A stretch of DNA of 64,000 bases from Balanoglossus misakiensis (taxonomy: Eukaryota; Animalia; Hemichordata). Positions 26,474-39,000 of the stretch are shown here, in pieces. A program made the translations under genes and the position numbers. The notes below the pieces were generated by a model. The model saw only the letters and a list, made by a program, of their open reading frames with translations. It was not told where the DNA came from and did not search any database. Location of the stretch: positions 5,280,102 to 5,344,101 of the forward strand of contig CM082588.2 of NCBI GenBank assembly GCA_040954595.2. Reading direction: 5' to 3'. Each line of letters opens with the position of its first letter. Within the stretch, counting starts at the first letter, position 1.

Positions 26474-26613
26474 CAGATCAAACCCGCATTCGTGGCCACC
26501 TCTATATAGTGGCCACTTTGTTACAGTCCCTGTGCAATTTACATGTCTATAAAGGCCACCTGTCTTTAAAGGACCAGTCCATTGACTGTCCACTGTGGAC
26601 AGTTTTGACTGTA
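26474..26613. mobile_element. Interspersed MITE-like repeat (Tc1/pogo-type ...TTTGACTG|TA end), copy 1
   Basis: Shares gtggccacctctatatagtggccactttgttacagtccctgtgcaatttacatg...acctgtct.taaagg...cag...ttgactg.ccact with 35923-36069. The right end is gacagttttgactgTA. Confidence 0.6.
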
Positions 26614-27211
26614 CTGTACAGAACATGATTACCACCACCGCTGTAGGTCATCATAAACTTTGTTTTACCAGTATTGGCCCATGGTCACCTTCAGGACACT
26701 AATGGTCCAGTACACATTTAAATGTGTAAAGGGAATTTACTCAAGTATCGTTTGAAGACGATTTATTGTCATCTTTGGAAGTCGGGCAGTGGTTACGTAT
26801 CGAATACGTATATCTGAATCAAAATGCTGTAGGATGATGCTTGCGACTTCCGAATGACAACGACATTTTGGTCAAAAAGAATCATACGTTTGTATAAAAA
26901 TTCCATAATTATCACATTTAAAAAATCTATAAAAATCTAACGTAAGTTTTTTTTTCAATGATTATACGATATCTGAATGATCTAAAATATTTACAGTTTT
27001 GCTTGGTTTCCCTAACGGATAGCTGGTGGTTTAAATCTTCGAATCGTTTTGTCTGTCGCGAAATGTCGACAGATCAAATTCGATGTCGTCGCTTCTTTCA
27101 TGAACCGCGCCATTTGATCGCAGTATTTAATCGGGTATTCATGATTTGAATCTTCTTATCTTGTCTTGTCTTGTCCAGAATAATCTGATTAATTATGGAT
27201 TTCGGATTGCT

Positions 27212-30200
27212 TCATTGTACATTCGGGGGCGGTAACCATGCCATTACGTAAGGAGAGTTGCCGGTGGAGGCAGAGCCCACTGCGCCGGCAGGGGTGTGAG
27301 CGTGCTGGGCCACGGGGCTGGTGACAGCGGGAGGGCTCGTCAGATAAAGTTGCGGCACCACCGGGTACGCGTACCTGGGCACGTAAGCGTACATGGGGGT
27401 GAGGCTTGGAGTAGTGGGCGACCCCGCCGTGGTTGTGGAGCACGTGGAAGAGGCGGGGGAGAGAATGCTGCTCAGCTGCAATGACGGGGCGGTGGCCATG
27501 ATCGGGGTTCGCTGGCTCCCGCGCGCGTGGCCCGGCGCGACGGTGTAGAGCGGCCCGGTGTCTATCCTGAGTTCCCCGAGAGTGGTCGCCGGTAAAGTCC
27601 TCTGCGGCGCCCGCAGCGGCGGCAATGAGGCCTGGTCCGGCACGGGGCACTGTCGGCGGAATGTCTCTGGGCAGGGAGCAACGGGGGCGTCGCTCCTCGA
27701 GAGCGAGAAAATGCTGGTGTGCTCTTGCATAGCGGTGTTGAACTCCATCGTCCCTTGCAACTTCTTCAAGTGAGCGGAGAGTCGCGCCACCAACGGATGA
27801 TCAGGAGAGAGATGTTCCTCCTCTATGAGAAAGCGTATGGCCTCCTCAGCACACTCTTTGAAACCTGTGAGCATGACGTCATTGGGCGATAACTCGAAGG
27901 GAAAAGTGCTTGCCTTCTCTCGCAGTTTCTGGTCCGGCGACTTAATTTCATCTACAAATAAAAAAAAACTTGTTACCAGTTACTCGTGTAACAGCCGTGA
28001 CTCTCTATCTATTGGCTGGTGATGCGTTCAAGTTGAACTTGGCAATTCCACCCAAATCTTCTGTCCATACTTAGGATAATGATGTGGTCATGCTAAAATA
28101 AAATCTCTCGTTTTGCAAAGATTCGGTCTTAATTAGCGCATTACACTAAAACTCAAATAAATAGCTAATTTGGAAGACGTAATCATTTTAGATTTGTCAA
28201 AGGTCTGTCTCAGAAGCATGTATTAGTGCTAGCTGTGTATCGACATGTATGGCAAAACAATTCCAGTGTGTAATTCCCTTTTCGAAGCATTCACGATTGC
28301 CTCGGCCTAACCTAACACCTGCTCTTGCACCACCTGCGCATAGGGAATCACGCATTATAGTTAAATCTCAGATAATCACACCCAGGCTATTTTGGCGCGT
28401 TTTTGGCCGCGCTCATCACCATGCACCGTGTTCGCGTCTTTTTGTCTGACATTATAAAGACTATTGTTTCTGATGATGAAGGGGTGACATAGGTTTATCC
28501 GGGGATTTGGCGTTTCTATGACAATGGGCTCATCAGTAGGCGCTGTTGTTTGATCACATTTTGTTTGTTGACTCGTTTCTCCGTAAACCAGTGACCAACC
28601 TTGGTCGTTGAAATCACTGCTGGCCAATTTCCAAGTGATTGGATGTTGCATGTTCTGCAAACACTCTAGAAGTCTACTCTGTTTACCATGTGTTTTTGTA
28701 CATTTCTTTTTCTGTTATATTTAACACCCTCTCGCTTTGAAGGGGGGGGGGGTCTCAGATTTGTGTTGAGTCGTCCATAGTAAGAATGCCCTGATGCCAC
28801 AGAAAGGGGACGAAATACTGTTTTCCAGGAATACAAAACAGAAAGATTTATAAAGCTTCATTTTTTTAAATCTGGCAACTTTCTGAATGAGCAAAACCCA
28901 CAATAGAATGAGCACGTGTTTTAATCACCAGCATAGTTTTACGGAGTTTTGTCTAGCACATTATCCCTCATTATCGGAATGCGTTCAGTGAGATCTGCTG
29001 TGGGCGTTTCGTTTATCGTTTCTTTCATTCGGTTTCCTTCCCCCGTGTCACGCTTTCATTCCATCACATAAAACAAGAGAAAGTCAGTGGGCGAAATGTT
29101 TGTCTCCGGCACAGAACATTATGAGCTGCCGATACACAGCTGACGTCGATGGTGTTTTTACCCACTGACGTATTGGTCTTTGGTCGAGTGGTTCCATTTG
29201 GAAAAAAAATCACCATGTGTCCATGGCAACAGACAGTGAAATCTGTCACCGTTGACAGGACGATTGGTGACTTTTTCTTGGAACTGATTGTCCGTGTTTA
29301 ATGGTGACAACTTCTCGCTGTTTGGCAAACACTCTCAGTCACCTGAACGGAAACTACTTATGGGAACGTTAACAGCAAATTATCACATTGACAGACACGG
29401 CTTCACCACATTTATCCTGTGGATCAGACGGGACGAAAGCAGTATACTGGGTTATATGACGCTTGCATCGCAAGAATTTAGATAGGGACTTTAGCGCCTG
29501 GGGCAAAGAATCATGATATTCCATGGACAGATGACGCGTTACTTGAGAGCGTCATAACTTAGTATTTGAATAAAAGTTTGCGATGGGTGTGCGCTTGGTC
29601 GCAAATACGGTAATATAGGGAGAGGCTGGTTAACTATGATCTATGCGAGAAGTACCACGAATGACAGCCACAAGTTCTTGAAGTTAAAAGCCAATTGTGT
29701 ACAGCCCTGGTAATGCAGATCTTTAATGACTGCAGTTCAAAGAACTCGGCTGAAAAGCCATCAGCTGTCAAAAGCTTTTAATGAACTAAAACAAAATAAC
29801 AAGACAATTGACTTGGCATGTGCTTAGAATAACGAGGAGATAAATGCGGGGAGAGGTCTTGCATCACGACCACAAATAAAACAACGAGAGTCTTGGGACG
29901 GACTTACGCCCAGAATGAATGCGCATCTCGCGAATCGTGAATACATTTCCTTTTGTGTCCAGCGCGAGTCAACTGCGCCTGGGATTTCTGATGCACATTG
30001 ATGTAGACATGTGGGTAAACAGACAAATAGTTCTCCGATTGTCCGCGGATTGGAACTAGTTGACCAGAAACAACGGCATGGTGCTTGAATTCGAGGGAAA
30101 ATCTGAGATTAGGGGTCAAGGGACCTTTGGCCAGAAAGGGGGCGGGTCATTTTGTGAAGAAAGGTTTTCTGAAAGACTTGGAATTTTCCAAATGGAATTT

Positions 30201-33200
30201 CCTTCAATGTTTGGCCCTGTTTGATTATTTTGGAATGATATATAGTGCAATAGCGATGTAGCAAAGGGATGATGAAGTTGCATAGGGTGAAAATGACTAT
30301 CATTCTACAGGTGGTAAACTACCTGTGTGCTTTTTAGCGGGAACCACAAACTTCCTTTAAAGACTTGTTGTGTTACTGTCAGTTTTAACAAGTGTGTGGC
30401 AAATCACATGGGCTATGGAAGATAGATTGTGCTTGTCTCACAAAGAGAAGATGAATGGCTTTCTCTCTCTCTCTCTCTCTCTCCCTCCCTCCCTCTCCCC
30501 CCTCGCTTTCGTTATTAGCTCACTTACCGTTTTCCTTTTCGCTATGGTTACCGTTACAATCTCCGTTCTTGATGGACTCACCATGGTTTTGCACCATTTT
30601 CAAATATTCGATTGTCATCTGCAACAGGTCCACTTTATCGTTCTTGACACCCTGGACAAAGTGCAACAGAAACCAAAAGACCAATCGTCAACTTCAAATG
30701 TGGTGAATTGTAATAATGTGCACACAAAATATCTGCAAGACCCCCATATAACCAGTGGAGTGATTTATTTCCACACATATATTTATGGGACTTCTGCAAA
30801 TGTGTTACATTTTAGTGCAATAATAAGAAGCGTTTCGGCTTTGGGCGTATGTCTAAAATCATACTAAGTTTGCCAACAGAACACTTATTTCAAGGTCTGC
30901 ACCAGTAACTCCTCGTGTTTCCAAAACCAGTCAATAAAGTTTCATTGATTTTCTTTCATCCCCAGAGTCATTCATGGCTGTGTTGTGCAGGGGCTTACAT
31001 CGATGGGACCGACCAGATTATCGACTGCTGCTGGTGCCCGCGACTTTGGTGACATGTGTCGCATACAGAATGAATAAACGAACGGATAAATGGATGAATG
31101 AACGAATGGGTAGGTGATCGATTTTTCTCTCTCTCTCTCTCAGCACGGGCATGTTGCAGTGTCCATCTGTTCACATTCGGCGGCCCTTTGCATAGACTCC
31201 TGGCAGGCAATTAGGGACGAGGCGTGAACTCCGTATGACTTTCATTACACCGTACCGTTCGATTTCTGTTGTGCGGTGAAGATGTAGAGTGAAACCGTGC
31301 GCGTGTTTTTACCCGGTGTTTATTTTGCAAATTGGCCACGATTTGAAATTGTTATATTTGATGTCGTGTACATGTAGTCACCAATGACTCTGTCGCTAAT
31401 TTCTACACGCGGTATTTTATCGAAAACCTCGCTCTATGACTTTTGATAATTGCAAAAAACGTTAATTGTTCTTTTCCGCCACCATCTGACAACCATTTAC
31501 AGTTCCATATTCACGTAGCATTGATTTTTAACCAGGGACCACCATCTTGATTTTTCTTCGCCATTTTCTTTGTCTGCGGCGCGCGGTGCAGCGCGTATTA
31601 CTATAGTTATTTTGTACAAGTAACCGCACATGCACAGTAGAGGGGGCCTCATTAGCGTTTGAATGGTGCGTGCGCTCAACCACCTGTTAATGTATTATTT
31701 CTTAAGTGTACACACATGCTGAGCTTGGTCAAAAGCAGCTTAAAAGCGAAAAAATGTATTTTTTTATACTCAAAAGACGCCATTATAACATATCAATTAG
31801 AATCTTAGCACATAATTTTCGAAACGGGTACGCATATAGACTCGATTGTGGTCCCGAGTCTGTCTTGGTAGGCTTTGGTGTTTATTGGCCTCAAAACTGA
31901 GATGAGTTGGCGGTCAAATCCAAGGTCGTTTGGTGACGCTTGGAATGTTTAGGAGGGCAGGAGACAGACGTGGACGAAAATAACGCCTTTGTCCTTGTCA
32001 CCCATTTGTATTTTACTACATGTACTGCGGTTCTTTTGGATTTTTCTGCTAACTGTGGGCTTGCTTTTTACTATGTAGTTTGTGTCCTTTACGCAAAGAG
32101 CGGTAAAGGCGGTGATCTTTCGTCGACTACTACTATATTAAATAGCGGAGAAGCGTTACCAAACAACGGATTCAAGCATTCGGTAAGCGAATGTGGCTTC
32201 TGTTGACACGCGTGTTCTACTGTCCATGGTGAAACAAAGCTTGTGTAAACGAGTCTTTTTTTAAAATTTCGAATTATTTACATAAACGGGTGAATGAAAT
32301 AAGAGTAAAAACAGCAGAAACAGTTAAGTTTCAATCGAAATAGTCGTTTTCATGCCAATCTATACCGGGCTGTCCTGCACGCAAATCCCCGACCAGTGCG
32401 CCAGTCTAATCACGCGACAGCGCGCGCCCCCTGCCCTTTCTCCCGTGTAATGAGCAAAATAAACAACCCAGCGCGCTGATCGATCCGATTTTTAAAAACA
32501 CTGCGATCAATACAAAATCGTTTCCCTGACACACATAATACAAACGGCTTCCGGTGCCTTCTGAGTACAGTATTTGGCCTTTGCTCGTAATCCCATGTAC
32601 TGTCATGTGTGTTCCAAAATGTAAAAAAAAAACGCAATCGGATCATGTTGTAAATGAGAGAGTGGGTGTGAACCGGTGGCTAGTTTTATGGTATCCGCCG
32701 CACGCACGGAAGCGTGTGCAGTCCATAATGGCAGGCTCGTGACCCTGTCAAATGGCTTCTATAGACAGACGCAGACAGGCCTCCGACATATCAAAGGAGA
32801 GATCATGAACCTACCTGAGCTTTGCGGGCAGCTGGTACCATGGCTCGCAACTCATCCAGGCTTCTATTGATCCTGTCCCGTCTCCGCTTCTCGATCACCC
32901 GGTGTGGGGTCGCCTGTTCCTGGGGGAGGAGAGGGAGGAGGGAATAGTTCTGTGATGTTTTGCAGTTTAAAAGTCTGCTTTATTCTGTGTATTGAACGTG
33001 GGTTTTTCTTCCCGCCGTTCTGGATGTCACCGTGAGTGCGTGTGTACACGTCAGTGTGTACCCCTGGCAGGGCAGGGCATCCACAATCGTGTGAGTGTGT
33101 GTGCGTTCACCCTTTTAGTCCGCGACTTATGCGGGAGGAAGTGAACACAAAGGGGGCTGTGGGTGATACATAAAAGAAGCCTTTCTGAGTGTTGAAGCAT

Positions 33201-33571
33201 GTAGAAGTATTGAAGAAAAAAATGTTGTTGAAATCAGTTGTGGTGGTGACTTACTCCGGCACGTCTCTTCCGCGTGGGTTTCATCCTACCGACCTCTATT
33301 TCGCTGTCAAAGTGTGCACTGCAAGAGAAAAAGAACCACATAAATAAGTGAGAAATTCATGACTTGTGTCGAAGCATGCAGCATACGTTTGCCACGGATT
33401 GGGCAAGCTTGTGGATGCTGCGATCATATCTGCTTGGTGGTTGTGATATGAAACTGACGGTGAAGGATGGAGATTTAGACGTTGTCCCGAGGAACCAGAG
33501 TGCACCATTTGTTCTTGTGCAAACACTTCTTGCAATATACCTCTGGTCGTCTCCACACTCGCTGTTCTCAT
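27212..33571 (-). CDS. bHLH-Orange transcriptional repressor (DEC/BHLHE40-41, clockwork orange or HELT-like), 5 coding exons, ~405 aa
   Basis: Exons (-): 33571-33387, 33318-33255, 32919-32815 (EQATPHRVIEKRRRDRINRSLDELRAMVPAARKAQ, basic region plus helix 1), 30651-30528 (GVKNDKVDLLQMTIEYLKMVQ, helix 2), 27951-27212 (Orange domain GFKECAEEAIRFLIEEEHLSPDHPLVARLSAHL plus Pro/Thr-rich tail). Phases are consistent, total 1218 nt. The bHLH exons are absent from the ORF track. The first two exons are less certain. Confidence 0.88.
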
Positions 33572-33856
33572 CCGTGGAGTTCACCTCCCATTTCAGTTCC
33601 ATCGTTTTTTTCGGGAGATCACCTTGATATGTTTTGTCGCGGAGGACGTTGTCGGTCCTTCTCTAAAAGTTGACTTCGGGTCCTCTCTGAATACAACCGC
33701 ATAAGAGGCTTAAACTGCGGGTGCGCTGCGCCAGCCCAGACCGCATCGATTGTCAGGGTGGGGGAGAGTACAGTGTGTCAGGCGACGCGGCAACGTCTCG
33801 CGCCGACGAATCGCCGAGAGCGGCACGACTTGCTTTTGGCGTGGCAACCACAACGA

Positions 33857-33924
33857 CCAATCAGGTCGGGTGACAGTGTGACTCAGCACGTGTTTAAGTG
33901 GATCCTCCTCCTTCGAGTCACGTG
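33857..33924. promoter_or_regulatory. Proximal promoter module of the bHLH-Orange gene: CCAAT box, AP-1-like site and two canonical E-boxes
   Basis: CCAAT 33857-33861, TGACTCA 33879-33885, CACGTG 33887-33892 and 33919-33924. These lie about 290-350 bp upstream of the ATG in a CpG-rich stretch. Confidence 0.55.
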
Positions 33925-35922
33925 CGTCGCAACCCTATAGTTCATTGTGAGCGCTATGTACATAAATTCAAAAGGAAAAGAAAGAAAGCGGGACCCCCTA
34001 GACTGTTATGAATGGGTGACTATTCCCGACGCTTGCCCAAAACTCCGTTGCACGGATTTGCAAGAGTAAGAATTGAGACTTGGAATAAGAAAATACCAGA
34101 TAACTCCGCCACGTTGACAATGAGATCATTGAAAAAGTAGTGGTCTCACCAGTTGTTCAGTTAACCCCACACCCTCTTCAAGCCGAGTATATCTATCTGA
34201 ATCAACAACTTTTATTCGAGTTGACATGTTTCGATAACGGTGTTTGTTTGGGTGGGATCCATGAATAGCCAATGTCAACACAGTTGAGGGGTATCTTTCT
34301 TCACAATGTGATGCTGGATAAAACGGTTACTTAGTTTTTTTAAATCATAAAACAAGTTGCTTCGTAATGGTGGGCCTGTGTTGTGCGAGGCTCAAATGAA
34401 ATTATAACTTCTGTCTAATAATATAGCAATAAAATTATGGCCGCGAGAAATTCGTGTTTTCCCGAACTGCATACTGAGAAATTAAACAGCTTGGGGGAGA
34501 GATAGGGAAAGAGAGAAGGGAGAGAGGGTTGGGAGAGCAGGGGAGAGCTAAGGGGAGCGAAGGGGTATGAGGAGAAGGAGGAAAGAGGGAGATCACACTC
34601 CCCCACTGATGGGGCCTAACAGACGTTTGCTCACTCTGCGGCTATAAACGTTCTCATCTTTTTCGCTCTTGTCCTACAGCGATGCAAACCTGGCGTGACA
34701 CATTTTAATAAAGACACTAGCCAAGGAAAGGTCACCGGCGTCTATTATGATAACGGGGCTCCGCTCTTTCAGATGTCCGGTCCGAGACGCAAATAGCTGT
34801 TAGCACACACTGTGCACGTGTATAGAGTGCAGGGTAATACCCCGAAATCATTTCCTTCCCCATTCAGCGCTAGATATAAAAAATAACCCGGGTCAACGTC
34901 AGCTAGACTTAAGTAAAGCGTCGCCCTTTCATCAGCCGTGCCCTGGATACGAACGATTGTTCAATGTGAACAGGGCGCACAATGGACGCATTTTGGGGAG
35001 ATGTAGGGCAAACCACCTATCGTTGGTCAGACGTCGAGTTTTGTACTCATGAAAATTGCCCGGCACGCTTTTTAGGTTCTATAGCGACGTTTCGCTCAAA
35101 CAGTAATTGCGAGCAAGAAACTGTAAGTCGCTGGTGGCCATACACTGAAGATACCTTCTCGTCTCCAGATGCGCCCTTCTCTGGTACGAGTCTCACCTGG
35201 ATTTGTACACCATTGTGCTTCACATTGAACTTAAACCTGTCGTTCGCCCGTAATCCAGTTAATACGGTATGCCAAATCCTCTCCCAATACCAATAAAGAA
35301 ATCTGAGCTCTTTCTGTTCTTTCATCACTCATGCGAAATGGCCAGCGTCTTTAGCCACAATGCTGCCCCCCCCCAAGCGGGATGGCTTGGTACACACCGA
35401 TCCTTGCAACGGAATGTCAATCCCACCTCACATGTCTTTTTGCCATGTACTGTACTCCCATCCCACCCCCACACCACCACCAACGCCACCCCCTTCGCAT
35501 GGATCACAGTCCCTGTGCGCGGATGCAGTTTTTGGCCAAAGTTGCCGTGGCATCTGGCGGTCTGAGGTGGCCGGGGGGGGGGGGGGTATAAACAACAACA
35601 ATCCCACCGGGGACTGAAAAGCCAAGGCGAAGCACAACCATGAAGTTTGTTTGTGTTGTGTACATATTGTGTTTAGAATGGAACTGAAATTTCCCCTTCA
35701 AGTGGACTTTCATCCACTACACTCAAGACTATACAACTCGCCCAGTTCGTCACAAACTGATGGAAACTCATGAAAAGCAACTATGATTAAAAAGACAGAC
35801 ATGAGTGCCCTGATTATTCAAATGACTGCATATTGTTGCTCCTTGAGTTCCCTGGTGAGAGCAAGGTCGCGTTTGGAAGCACCTATCAGGGTCAAGGTCT
35901 CCATATGGACGCTGTGTACATG

Positions 35923-36069
35923 TACATTCAAACTTGTGTGTTAGTGGCCATCTCTATATAGTGGCCACTTTATTGCAGTCCCTGTGCAAATTACATGCAC
36001 AATAATCGACCTGTCTATAAAGGTCAGTTTAGGAAAGTCCCTTGACTGGCCACTATAGAGAGGTTATAG
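35923..36069. mobile_element. Interspersed MITE-like repeat, copy 2 (same family as 26474-26613)
   Basis: Direct similarity over more than 100 bp to the copy at 26474-26613. Confidence 0.55.
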
Positions 36070-39000
36070 TAATGTTACCATGTTTGGATATACCTATAGC
36101 ATAATTTTCATCATTTAACAGTCGAAAGCCAATGCGATTTTCAAAAGCCCCAGCAAAGTTAGTCACGTGATGGCCGAAGGTCCCCTTAAAGACGAATGCC
36201 ATGAAGCTGTGAATCCTCTTTCGTCTGCGTCTCGACTTGAAAAAATCCAAGTCCTCCAGCAAAATCATGATCCTTTGCAGTTCACACTGTCTTGAGGGGG
36301 GGGGGGGGGGACAAACCCAGTGACTACTGTGCAAGTTGTTATACACGTTAGCGCTGTTCACAAAACGTCGTGAATTGCTGCCTTTTTGAAGTTGCAACAG
36401 ATGGGAAAACACTGTAAACGGCCTACACTGTTTTAAAAGGGGACCACAAAATGGCGAGTGTGCGAACGACATTACACCGGACGATAATGACGGGCAGCCA
36501 TTGTTTCAGGCGCCACTACCACGGCGGTGTGAACTTTCACTTCATTTACAAATGTACATCACAGCCTGACCTGTCATCGAAAACAATGACATTTAATTGA
36601 GCGCATAATTTGTTAATTGTGGTCCCCCACTCACCATTTAGTAGCTGTGGAGACCAACAATTTTAAAGAGACGTAATCAAGTTTTTGATTCTGGTTTCCG
36701 AAGGGTTAATTAAGTTGTCTTGTATGTTTTTGTCCTAAAAGACCCCATGATTGTTCTGTGATCTGACTGGACATCCGAGATTTATAATCTTATCAGAATG
36801 TTAAATCGTAGGCTTTTCCACTTTATCACATTGTCTTTTACAACTGAACTATATATCCTACTTAGAAAATGACTGGTTCGTCTGCAAAAATGATAATAAG
36901 AACCTGCCACTTGGTAATTCTGGCATAGTGGTGACAATTTGGCTATTAGACGAAATTCAGCGCGAATTCATGACACATAGTCAATGGCGAAAATCATTTA
37001 GAATATCAGGTGCAAATGTACCGATATTGTCGTCACGCACACACTCACACTATTTTTTAAATGCACTGAACCATCCAATGATGCCCACCTTTGGGAAAGT
37101 CCGTGGGGGGTTTCATCATCCACGAGATTGGCGTTTCAATGGACGGTCTGGTCGTCGAAATTTTATTCAAATGACAATCGCTTAAAATAAAAACCACACA
37201 TGCTTGAGGTCGTGACGTCAGGCGTGAAATGCTTCACACAGACGTTCACGCCCGTGCGATCGTGTGTATCACGTGACAAAAGCGATGACGAGATCAGAAA
37301 GGTGTGCACTGTGTAATACAGACCCTGAAAATACGCGACTTATTTCCCGCCAAATAACATGAAGAGAAATAGTCGTAAATGACTTTTAATTCGAAGACGT
37401 TTTGTTTGTTCCTTCTTGGAATTTTCTCACAGTCAAGTTGTACCTGCCACGCCTATGTCACGAGGATCCTTGAAATCAACCACAAGTCCCCCCTTCAGCG
37501 TATGCTAATTTGAACGAAGAGGGGCGTTTGTACTGGAACAGCAATTCCTGTCATTTTATCGAATAAATTAAAACTTTCATTTCGTCAGTGAAAATACTGA
37601 GTAGAACACATTCGCTTTTCCTGATCACTGTGATATCTTCAAAACCGATGTCTATTTTTTGTCGACAAATCACGATTTTTCTTCCAGTATATAATGTTGC
37701 ATGCACGACTTGCAGGAAAGTAATCATCTCGTGAAAGTGTGACTCGGCCTTGGCTATAGACACCAAAAGAGAATAGGGCATGTTTTTGCAGCAAAGACCA
37801 TACGGGTGCAGAAGAAGTTAAATTATTCCCCAGTGACCGTAGCACACATTTCCTGTGACTTTGATTGGCACATTTTGATCGCCTTACGAACTATACAAGT
37901 GCCAAATTAAAAACCAACTTTACTGCATAACTATGCCACTTTTACTACGCATAAATAAGTTTAGCATCGACCACCCAGCCATGTCACGGATGGTCGGGAC
38001 TGACTTGGTGCGGTTGGTTATATGCGTGCGTGCACGAGTGACTCGGCCAAAAATTATTGCGGTGTGTTATGCAAAACAAAGTGGGTGCAAAAATTAGGCT
38101 GTACTTTTACCAATAGTTGCAACTGGTCTATTAAAAAAGAATCTCGTTGAAAAAGTCTCAATTACCGATGATATTAAATAATAGCTGCACCAGGCTGTTG
38201 TAACGGTATTAACGAGAAATCAATCCAGAGCCGATTTCTGGGTGATGACACCATCCATGGATTTGGCGAGATGATGGATGGACTGTCGACGGATTTGTGC
38301 ACGTGGGTTTTGAAGTTGAATGGCTGGTTTAAGTGGATTGTCGGCATCTTCTGAAGTGCATGGGCGGGTAGCTGGCTGTGAACCCAAAACATGTAGGTGG
38401 ATGGTTGGATGAACACAGGAGGATGGATGACTGACGACATTTAGGGGGGGGCTTGATGGGTGGCTGCCGTGAATGGCACGGGTCACTCCCAGGATTCTGA
38501 AACCCCGCTACGCTTCCTTCGGTTGCGAGCCAATGGAAGCGTACAAAGCAAGGGATTCTTCGGTGTTTTATCAAACATAGTTCAGTAAGTTGGCAGAATA
38601 GGCACTAAAACGGGAATCACTTTCTTCACCATATACACCAGCGAAGTTGCCGGCAAAACTGACTAATTCACCACCGCTTTTGAACCCCCAAATCTAAATA
38701 CGAAACTGGACAATTGTGTTGTTTTGTCCATCCTCAAGGTTAAATGTGGGGTGGCAAGCTATTTTATGACGGGAAAGTGTGAGAATGTGGATGAGATTCC
38801 CGCCAAAGAAGTGAGCATGCGACATGATAACATTGTAGCGGTAAGTCGCATCTTACCTCAGCAAGGACACTGCACAAAACAGTCGCGAGACTTACGTAAC
38901 GGCCGGCCTTGGGTGTCTCACCGGGACAATCAAACCCCCGGGGAGGGATCACTCTCCCGCTTTAGAGGCCCTTAACGGAATTTGTCCTAATTAGGGCAGC

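Noticed and set aside
29290-29342. Candidate extra exon of the bHLH gene after the acceptor-like ttccgttcag (minus strand)
   Set aside because: There is an immediate stop in the required phase, and the model is complete without it.
30370-30867. 165-aa plus-strand ORF
   Set aside because: It is antisense to the bHLH helix-2 exon and runs through a CT microsatellite.
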